Notes under the pieces: model-generated
Database searches by the model: none
Told to the model about the DNA's origin: nothing
The model's input: the letters and a program-made list of their open reading frames with translations, nothing else
Position numbers and translations under genes: made by a program
Part shown: positions 23,728 through 32,868 of the stretch, piece by piece
Position numbering within the stretch: the first letter of the stretch is position 1
Layout: each line of letters opens with the position of its first letter
Assembly (NCBI GenBank): GCA_049999805.1
Contig: JBNGIO010006379.1
Span: 670,546-703,413, forward strand
From: Folioceros fuciformis
Lineage: Eukaryota
DNA length: 32,868 nucleotides
Reading direction: 5' to 3'

Positions 23728-24425
23728 TCCTCCATGTTATCTATGTAATGTTGAAATAACTTTGTGATTAAGCTTGTCACCTTGCTTCATTTTTCTCTAT
23801 CTTTATAATGACAAGTCTGAGTTTAATCTACCATAGTTCAAGTTGGGTAAGCACAATTGATGTTGCATTCCAATAACATATCAAACTTGTAAAGACTCTT
23901 CTTCAAGGTCTCTAGAAGTTCTATATATCATACCTAAAAAACTTCATATCTAGAAAACTTTGTGGCAGCTGTTCCAATCATACTTATCTTTGCCTCTAGT
24001 ATTTTCAACCAGACGAGTAGAGTGTTTCCAACCACAAAGCATAGGCCAATGCATTTGCAAGAAAGGAAACATGCGAAGAAAGTTCCGAATCCGGACCGAG
24101 TCAACCTGGTATATTCAGGCCTGCCATTCGCTACTAGCAAAACATGAGCCGCTTTATAACACGTAGCCAAAACGGCACGAAATGGTCTTCACATATTTAA
24201 CGAGTTACGACAAACATGTCTCCCCATCTCCTATCCGAGAACGGGAATGACTCAAGCGAGACATGCCTTCCGCAAAACCGAGGAAGTTTGGGTTTCCTTT
24301 CTACACGCACAGCTCCTCCATTACAGCAGCAAGTTGCAAGCAGGACGCGGAATCAGAAGATGGAACGTGAGTTGAAATCCGCCTCCATGGGGAAGCCTGC
24401 TAGCTTGCTTGCGCATGGGCGCACT

Positions 24426-24636
24426 TCATTTGCAGTCGCACTTGTTGGTATCGCCGTTGCACTTGCTGCAGTCGGGGTCGACGGCGCCAGCCGCCAGGAC
24501 CAAGCACACGTTCCTGCACTCACTCACACCATAGCCAACACTGGATCAGTGCTCAAGCGCCTGAGAAAGAAAAGACAAGGGAAGGAAAGCCGAGCAACTG
24601 TTGGAAGGTGAGCACGTACGCGTTTCCGGAGGCCAT
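24426..24636 (-). CDS. Small Cys-rich peptide, copy C: MASGNANVCLVLAAGAVDPDCSKCNGDTNKCDCK (34 aa)
   Basis: Exon 1 24620-24636 (17 nt), intron GTACGT..GTGCAG 24514-24619, exon 2 24426-24513. TATAAA on the minus strand at 24761-24766. Confidence 0.85.
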
Positions 24637-26340
24637 GGATGGTGCTGGGCAGAAAGGCTGATCGAAGGAGAAGACGAAAGCGGGGGAGGCGAAGGCAAGG
24701 AGGATCACAGAAGGCCAAGGAAGCTTGAAAGTGTGAGGAGAGGTGAGTGCCTGCTGCGCCTTTATACTCCCCAGCCGAGGCCAGGCCAGGAATTGGCCGA
24801 GCTCTGGCCCCTGAGAGGTGGGGGCGGGCGGAAGCCGACGGGTCTCTGTCGTCAGGATGGTTTCCCAACCTGCAACTGCCACGGACCTCCTGACGTTGCC
24901 GATGTTGTACAGCGGCGATTAGTGGATCCGGATTGGCGCCGCTTCTGCACCTGAGCTACCACCACCCATCTCCTCGCTCGCGCTTGAGAGGCTGGGGTTG
25001 AAGAATCTGATTCCACACCCGCACCCGCACCGACACCGGCTGTGATACGGCGGTCCCGCAGTCCTGCTGCTTCCCTTGAGGAGAGGAGCCTGATTCCATC
25101 CCAGCTTGCTAAATTTGAAACCTGGCTGACACCTGTGCTCCAGATGGCGTGTGGATATCTCCTGGTGTTGCCGCTAGCAGCTCCCCTGCTTGCTGGCTCC
25201 CACTTCACGTGGGCGATGCACATTCTGTCTGCTTGGGTCAGGGCAGGGTCAGGGTCATGGCAGCAAGTATCAATTGCACGCGTCAGTCCGTTTGCAGCTG
25301 GGGATCTTGGAAGGTTCAGGAATCATCTGCCCCTGGCCAGTAACTATGCAACGTTGTAGCAGACTGGTGCAGAGTGTCCCACTGCCGTCAGCAGCTCGCC
25401 AACATGTTGCTCCTGTACCAAGTTAGCTTCTAATCCCCTTTCCAGATATCATTGCTCTCGTCATCATCGTGCAGTTGCCGGCTTCTCTCGATTCCCCGAC
25501 CCCAATTTCAAACACGCATGTGTACTGATGGACAGTAGTGTGTACGCTTTCGATCTGCCTCAAGAAGCTCAGGAAACTTTGACTGCAAGACGCAGCCAAG
25601 TGAAAAGAACGTGTGACAGTACGTCTGTCTACGCAACCTCATCCAGTAGACGTAGAACCGAAACCTCCCATGGCCGTAGATCCATTGAGAGCAAAACCCT
25701 TACGGATGATGCTGTGGCGCAAGCAGCAACAAGGCTTCCACCTCTGGAAGCATTAACTTGCCAACACACACTGACATTAATCGACATGGCTCCCAGAATT
25801 CGATAAGGTGTACGTGGACCCACTCTAGTCCGAAGAGCGCTAGCGAGGTGGACAGCCCCAGAATCTGTATTTACACTGGTAGACAAACAGATGGTAGATT
25901 GATCGGCATACGTTCCGGAGGCCACGGACTGGCCCAGGACACAGGACTTGCACACTCCCTCCTTGTGTGGAGCACGCAGCCGGGCGCTCGCCCCGAGCAA
26001 TCGCCCGGCTAAACGCCAGTTTCGCCCTAGAGGCGCAACCTTTGTAGGTTTCGCCATCTGAAAATGGGGCAGCACAGTGGGACCGAGCCCGTGCCGGCGT
26101 CCTTGACCCACGAGGCCCACAGCTACCTCCACGACCGCGACACGCCCCAGCGCCAACATGGACTCGCCACTGGCTGAATTCGCTATCCGTTTCGCCGCGC
26201 CGGCGCATCCACCCTCGCCAGGGCTATAAAGCCACACAGCAACTTGCCTCCTCCAAAGCAAGCACTCACTCACTCGCCCTCTCGAGCTCTCGCTGTCTTC
26301 AGGCTTTCCGATCGTCCGCGCGCTCCCCTTCCGGCAACCA

Positions 26341-26573
26341 ATGGCCTCTGCTATGTTGTGAGCTTCTGTTTCTGCCTCTGCGTCTTCTCCTCGTCTTCTG
26401 CCTTTCTCCTACCGTTCCTGGCTACGTTCTTGGAATTCGCTCTGTTCGACTTTATTTCCTGATTTTTGCTCCTCCTCGTCATGTCGTGCAGCCGGAACGT
26501 ACTGGCCGCCATGTCCGGCGACCCCGACTGCAGCAAGTGCAACGACGACGCCGACAAGTGCGACTGCAAGTGA
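26341..26573 (+). CDS. Small Cys-rich peptide, copy D: MASAMFRNVLAAMSGDPDCSKCNDDADKCDCK (32 aa)
   Basis: Exon 1 26341-26357 (17 nt), pyrimidine-rich intron GTGAGC..GTGCAG 26358-26491, exon 2 26492-26573. TATAAA at 26225-26230. AATAAA at about 26650. Confidence 0.85.
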
Positions 26574-26948
26574 TGTGCTCCAGCTGCCGCAGCTGGCGAG
26601 CAGGGAGAGGGAGAAGGGAGCAATGTGTACTGCGTAGCTGACATGTGCAAAATAAAACGCGTGCCAGGAGGCGGGCTCCCGGCACGCAGCTGCTGCCGTC
26701 GGATTGCCATTGTGTCGCTGAATTCCTTGTAATACCAAAAGCAATCTATCAGCTCCCACTATCGTGTATCGCATCTCACGTCGGCGAAGAGCATTTCCAC
26801 TTGGCTCCGTTGTCCACGAGGGAGTCCGCATATTCCCCCTTCAGACGCACATCAACGTATTCAAAACCTTTTCTCCGTTTTTTGCTGACCGTCGTTCGGT
26901 CCATGAGGTCTTCTGATTCTCTCAACTCTTGCCGCTTTGGTTCGGACC

Positions 26949-27923
26949 ATGGCGTCGGTCGTACCCCTCGTGAAGTTGCCTGCCAGTGCAAGCTCCTCGT
27001 TTCTTCGTGAATCGAGGCCGCGGCCACGCACGTTTGCCGAAATCACCGTCTGCTCGCAGTCTTCGTTTGCCGCGCGGTAAGTCTGCATTTTCTTTCGCAT
27101 TCTCTTGCGCACACCATCACCCTCGCGCGTCAAGGTTGGTGATGGCTTGAGATGATGGGAATCCGCAGGCTCGTTTCCGGCCGAGGATGCCAGGCTAGCA
27201 TTGGTCATGACCACGGTTCAGTTGTGAATCAAAGACCTGGTATGCTGCATGAGAAGGTACCATCGCCTCAGTCGTCTATTTGCTATACATGGGAGTTGGT
27301 TGGTAGAGCTGGAAAGTCGCAGTGTGCCAGCCATACGTGGGTTTGCTGTTGCTCACGTCAGGATGGCACCGAGCCTCGAGGTGATGTTGTCACACAGCTT
27401 CGAATTTCGGTGGAGAGGACTTGGATTGCCTCCCCATCTGCCTGCACCGCACTGAAACCCTAGGCGGTGGAATTTGTGGCAGACACAGAGCAGAGTGTAG
27501 AGACGGAGAAACCTGGGGTGAAACTCGCACTTGCGGTCCTGCGGTTTTACAAAGGTATGCAGACTCCTTGCTTTGCTCAACTGTGTCTTCAATACGACAG
27601 TGTCCCTCGTGTTTCTTATGAAGCAAGTGCGTTGGCAGGTGAAATCTCCCCATACCTGCCAGGGAGCTGCCGTTATATCCCCACATGCAGTGTGTATGCA
27701 CAGGATGCATTCAAGAGGTATGGAGTTGTCAAAGGAACAATCTTGACACTTTGGCGCCTTGCTCGCTGCAATCCCCTAGGTGAGACTTCGTGGCAATCGC
27801 TGACATGCTGCCTTGTGTCTCATACGATGAGCTGAGTTGAGAGTCATGATGCGTGCTCTTGCAGGCGGCACTGGCTTCGATCCCCCGAGGTGGTTTGATG
27901 AAGAGAGGCCTCCTCAAGTGTAA
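26949..27923 (+). CDS. yidD: YidD/UPF0161 membrane-protein insertion efficiency factor homologue with a putative plastid transit peptide
   Basis: Exons 26949-27076, 27169-27239, 27483-27554, 27639-27779, 27865-27923 give MASVVPLVKLPASASSSFLRESR.. then GVKLALAVLRFYKGEISPYLPGSCRYIPTCSVYAQDAFKRYGVVKGTILTLWRLARCNPLGGTGFDPPRWF. Confidence 0.9.
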
Positions 27924-28486
27924 CAGAAGATGCCACTTGACTTTCACAAACTGACCCGAAACTCTGGTGGCCACCATCGAAACGGCAGATCTGAGCAGAA
28001 AAAACACGGGAACAAGGTAGTTTCCTGGTTCTGGAAGTGCGAAACTTATCTGTACGTTAGTGTGCTCCCCACTACTGGTGCTCACTAACTGTCCTTGCGT
28101 TCACAGACTCCCCGGTCGATAGCACTTGGGACAGCAGTCAGCTAAAACAGACTTGCTTTACTCCATCAAGTCACACAGATCAGTTACGAACTGTTCTGTG
28201 CCAAAATTCTCTTAGAGCAGTATGCTACTCCTCCCGACATACGGGTGCTCCTGGAAAGGGCATGCGAATAGGATGCCAACTGGACAGGAAAAACACGCTC
28301 GTCTTCTGTACATAAAGCCATCCAACCCCTACTTCACTCTTGCAGCTCAATGAGAAGCACTTTCTTCGCGAGCCAAGGGCTCAGCATCAGCACGGTAGTT
28401 TATGACACTGCCCACCTCGTACGTGTCTTATCGGTACAACCACAGCATGATTTACGTTGCGCTTCACAATCGGGTACTCTAATCCA

Positions 28487-29768
28487 TCATCCACCGATCG
28501 CAGACCTCAAGCTAGAAAAGGCATTAGATGCCATGTACATGGCCCCAGCCTGACCTGCCATCTTCTGAAACTGGTTCTTTGCATCTGCAATGGATAACAA
28601 AACATTTCTCCAGGAATCAAGTTGAATATATATAGAGAGCACGCACGACAAGGTGTAGGGCTCATACCCTTTCGACATTTTGTGAACCCAATAATATTGG
28701 CGCCACCAAGTATTAGAGCAATGGCAACAATTAGCAAGTAATCAAACTCCAGTTTAATGATAGCCACGACACCAAGTGCCAACCACAAGGCCGGCTGCAC
28801 AAACAGATATCAAGTAAGCACAATCAAATGCAAGCTGCAAGACAATAGGAGTGGTGCAGGCAAGGAGTCGAGCATATCAAAGCTTACAGTGACATACAGA
28901 GACCACCAAAAGAGCCAAGTATCTTTCTTGTTCATCGCATCCAGTGTCTGCAAAAGGAACGTCACAGTGTGTAGTGAGTTTCTGTGGAAAGAAGAACATG
29001 GTAACGTAAGAGTACCATCAAAGGAACAAACCTTCTTGTCCAGCGATTCAAACTTCCAAATGCTTTCCCCATTCTCATTAGTCTCGTTCCACCAACGAAG
29101 CCCCACTAGTATCCTTCCACTCACATTTTTCACGGTCCAAAAGTCCAAAGCCAATAGCAGCACCGTGATCACAAATTGAAGAACAAAACTCCCTACAAAC
29201 CATCCACACAGGAGGTACCATGCCAGAGCTGCTCCCTGTCAACAACAACCAACGACCATAGGCTATCACTGAGATGTCAGAGAAATCGTGCTGAACGAAA
29301 AACAGTCTCTAGCTTCCAAGTGTCCAAATGAGCTCCTGATTCTCCACGTTGCATCCGCAGACGAAACAGGCGAAAGGGCTGACGCTAGAAAAACGTCAAT
29401 GTGGCTAATCCGTTAGTCGGAATCAGATCTCGGTACTTTGAAGATGGTGTGAAAGAAGGCGACTCCAGGATGAGCATAAGATTCCGTCACCGGTCCAGAG
29501 GGCGAGAGGGGCTGCACAACATCCGCCTGTTCAAAAAGTCCCCAGTCAACTGTTAAAGGTCAGATCCAGCCGAATTGGAATCCCTCGACCGGATTGCACA
29601 AGCTGCAGGCAGTTGAAATGACTGAAACTATGAAAATCTAGCTATCTCTCGTCCAGATCTCCGATGGCTCCTTAATGGCAGACTCAACCTGTCCACTTCC
29701 CACTCAGCCAAATTCTTGTACGCATTCTCTAAGCTAGTAAGGAAAGCAAACGCTGTCGTGCTCACCAT
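28487..29768 (-). CDS. ECH: Golgi/TGN membrane protein ECHIDNA (TVP23 family)
   Basis: Probable ATG-only first coding exon at 29766-29768 (ATG|GTGAG), then exons 29437-29526, 29032-29235, 28888-28947, 28668-28794, 28487-28584. These give [48 protein letters not shown] and [15 protein letters not shown]. Confidence 0.93.
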
Positions 29769-30841
29769 GTCGAGGAATCCCAGTAACACCGTGTCTGCTC
29801 AGCAATCGACGATCCTGGCCACAACATGCAGCACAGAAAACAAGACCTAAAATGGCTGTCGTCTCATTTTCCGTTTGCATATCACGGACGTTAAACAATC
29901 CCGCAACGCCTTCTTCGTTTTCCTCATCTTTTACCTCTTTGTTTTGAGATAATTCCGTAGATGCATTAACGAAATAACTATCTAGGTATTTGCATCCACC
30001 AGCAGCTTCCTCGTTTTTCTTTCCATAACCTATGTATAGCTCGTTGTTATGAAACAACTGCACAGAAAAATGCAAAGAAATAACTACGGATTTCACGTTT
30101 TAAACTTTTAGCTAGTATAAACTTATTTTAGTGGAAAACTGATGTGCAGTAAGATGTCGTTTTTATCAATGGATAAAATTGAGCTGGATTGTATGGAATA
30201 CCAATATGGACACCACTGTATAGTATAAGGTTCCATATTTTGAAGCTAATGGGCATGACCATTTCAGTAGTGAACGACTTTCAGACCTACCACACACAAC
30301 ATTACAATGCTTCCCTCATATTAAGGGTTTCAAGGTTCTACGGCATCAGACTCAAGGCAACATGCTCTCCTTTTTTCGGGGTTTTAGGGCATGAGACTCA
30401 AGATAGCATGCTCTCTTTTTTTCGCAGTTCCAAGACACCAGGCATAAGTCAGCATGCTCTCCGTCTGCTTCTTCACTTGAACCCAAGCCATTCTCCCTTA
30501 AGGGAAGGATTGTCACCAACCAAGTCTTTTTCCCTCAATGCAGTTGTCGCTAGCCAAGTCTTCCTCCATGCAACGATCGTGATGCAACACTAAAGTTAGG
30601 GGGCATGGAACCATACAGTAGGGGGAATGGAGGCATACAGTCTTATTCCAAGCCTTTGAGGGCTACATTTCCCAACATCTGATTCCCGGCAAAAGCACAA
30701 GCCTTTATGAAAAGACCCCACACTAGTGCAAAGACAAGAGAAGGCAAATGCTGCTCCATGCCCATGGAGTGGCCTTCTCCTCCATCCATGGTTGTAGGTA
30801 CACTTCCAATGGCTTCAGGTACCCCATGATACTGAAAACGG

Positions 30842-31045
30842 GTGCAATTGCTACAGGATGACGATGACGTGCAAGTGGTACAGTTGCTACAGGATGACGT
30901 GCAAGTGGTATAGTTGGTACAGGATGACGTGCAAGTGGTACAGTTGCTACAGGATGACATGCAAGTGGTACAATTGCTACAAGTGGTACAGTCGCTACAG
31001 GATGACGTGCAAGTGGTACAATTGCTACAAGATGACGTGCAAGTG
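30842..31045. repeat. 30-bp minisatellite (GTGGTACAGTTGCTACAGGATGACGTGCAA), about 6-7 units
   Basis: Directly visible. It produces low-complexity ORFs in several frames. Confidence 0.9.
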
Positions 31046-31235
31046 CAAAACGTAGGCCTTGTAGATCTAGAAAATCAGTGGCCTCTGGCCAACCTTCCAA
31101 ATATGAAGGACATTGTAGTAAAGTTGGGGTCTGAAACATGTGAGGTGAGAATATAGGCAACTACGTGGGCCTCTTGCAGACTCAAGAGGGAAGCTAGCAT
31201 GGTTGACAATGCATTATGGTGTGGGTTGCAGCCAC

Positions 31236-31368
31236 TACACACACCCATGGCCCTGTATAGCTTGCACACACCCATGGCCCTGTCTAGCTTGTATGCACCC
31301 ATGGCCCTCTTAGGCTTGCACACACCCATGATCCTGTCCAACTTGCACACACCTATGGCCTTGTCCAC
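31236..31368. repeat. 27-bp minisatellite (CTTGCACACACCCATGGCCCTGTCTAG), about 5 units
   Basis: Directly visible degenerate tandem units. Confidence 0.88.
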
Positions 31369-32868
31369 GTTGATGACAAGGAATGAAAGCAAGGAGCTTG
31401 ATTGTGGGCAGAGTGAACGGTTGTTTTGGCAGATTCAGCATACCTAGAAGAACGGCGATGAGCACCAAACCCAAGACATGTGTAATGTAAGCCAATGCAG
31501 CCTCTATTAGTTGCAAAAGCAACCTTGTATATGCTTTCGTGGATTGAGGCCTGAAGTCTAGATTGAAAGGAATTACGAGTGCTTTGTGCGCGCTGCATGT
31601 CTGACTTTCCACGCTATAGAATCAGATAAAAATCCTCAGATAAAATCCTCAGACAAGGGTGAGCAATTACACTTCTGGTGTTACTGCATAAGGTAGGTAC
31701 AGAGGGTGCACCCTCACCCTAAACCATCCATCCCTCCTATATGGATCGAAAGAATACCCGGGCAGAGGGACCCTAAACCATCCATCCCTTTTGTATGGAT
31801 CAACCCGAGCAAAGGATGTAGGTGCCACCCTTTCACCCTAGGCGCGCTTGTGCTGCACATGCTGTACCATTCCTCCCCAATAGCCACTAACAGTCAGTCC
31901 CAACGATCAACCTTAGGCAAACACACTTGGAAAAAGCACTAAATGGTTACCCTCACCTTTGGAGGGTTACCTAGAGTCAACCACAAAAGTTTAAGAGCTG
32001 CTTTCTGCTGCAAAGGGACAGTTTCAACTTGAGAACCATTGGCTTGCGCTAGCAAATTTTCTGTGCACGCACCAACCAGTGGTAGATATCCGTTGATGGA
32101 AAATTGGAAAAAAGACCTCGGGCTCCCTTTCTTGCTTCCAGGCCATTTAGGCCATGTGAGGAGATCGAGATGCAAAGTTAATTCCCAATTCTCGAAAGGA
32201 TGAAGCTTGTGCATGTAGAAACATTGTAAATGGAGAAGAAAGAAAGTACAAACCCAAAAAAGATTCTTCAATAGAGAAAATAAAAAGGATGAAGCTAGTG
32301 CATGCAGAAACATTGTGAATTGAGCATAATTGTGAAAGAAAGTACAATCTTCAATAGGGAAGAATCTTCATGGAGAAATATTGTGAATGGAGAAGAAAGA
32401 AAATACAAACCCAAAGAAGATTCTTAAATAGTGAAAAAGAAAATACAAACACAAAAAAGATTCTTTTGGGTTCTTGATCCGTCCATTGAAGTGACAATGA
32501 TAAAAAAAAAGAAAACTTGTATTATATGGCAGCTCATAATGTGACATGGAACCCTAAAATAATCCGTATATACATGAAAGATGCCATAAAATATTTGTGT
32601 GAAAAAATATGTGCAATTGAGAAAACAAAACCAAATGGAGGACGATATGTCCATATTGGTATTCCGTAGGATTGTATGCTAAAAATAAATAAAAGTAATC
32701 TTTAAGTCATTTGATTGTAAAACAATGTAGTAAAAATAACATATTTTACATAATAAAAGTATAAATAACCTAGTTTTAATATCATTTTATTTTTATTTTT
32801 AAACATTTATGTTCATCTTTAATACAAGTACTTCAGGAGTAACGCCCCCCTTCCTTACGCAGCGTAAA

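Larger units (their letters stand above)
22081..25085. repeat. Direct duplication of a ~1-kb block (about 22081-23145 and 24029-25085) containing peptide genes B and C
   Basis: Colinear shared segments: GCATAGGCCAATGC.TTTGCAAGAAA, GCCGCTTTATAACA..AGCCAAAACGGC, the gene itself, GCCGACGGGTCTCTGTCGTC and GATTCCACACC. Confidence 0.85.
30290..32868. mobile_element. Repeat-rich, gene-free region, probably transposon-derived
   Basis: Multiple internal direct repeats: GA[C]TCAAG..A.CATGCTCTC at about 30350-30460, CCCTAAACCATCCATCCCT at about 31717 and 31771, and ATGGAGAAGAAAGAAA.TACAAACCCAAA at about 32230 and 32387. The end is AT-rich. No diagnostic TE protein motif was recognised. Confidence 0.35.

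Noticed and set aside
25900-25930. GTGGCCTCCGGAACGTATG on the minus strand, resembling peptide exon 1 (possible fifth copy)
   Set aside because: No ATG, no TATA at the expected distance and no DPDC..CDCK exon downstream.
26481-26573. Unspliced alternative start for copy D (MSCSRNVLAA...)
   Set aside because: The ATG at 26481 lies just inside the intron acceptor. The 17-nt exon 1 model matches the other three copies.

Overview
Gene-dense, intron-containing nuclear DNA of a land plant. A fern is the best guess, because the PPR gene carries ~16-aa insertions in its L motifs like the monilophyte 'LL' motif. From left to right I can reconstruct by hand: PEX2 (5'-truncated), an ATG22/UMF1-family MFS transporter, UBC32, an intronless PLS-E+ PPR editing-factor gene, VIT1, delta-COP, an intronless CSN8, RPL32, a YidD/UPF0161 gene with a plastid-type presequence, and ECHIDNA/TVP23. 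AT-rich, tandem-repeat-rich stretches lie at about 7.4-9.5 kb and 30-32.9 kb, and there are two 10-N assembly gaps. The most notable element is absent from the ORF track: four paralogous two-exon micro-genes between RPL32 and YidD (20.4-26.6 kb). Each has a TATA box, a 17-nt first coding exon and a phase-2 GT-AG intron. They encode 32-34-aa peptides of consensus MAS-x(5-7)-VLAA-x3-DPDCxxCxxDxxKCDCK*, which I cannot assign to a known family. All gene models are manual readings; no database searches were run.
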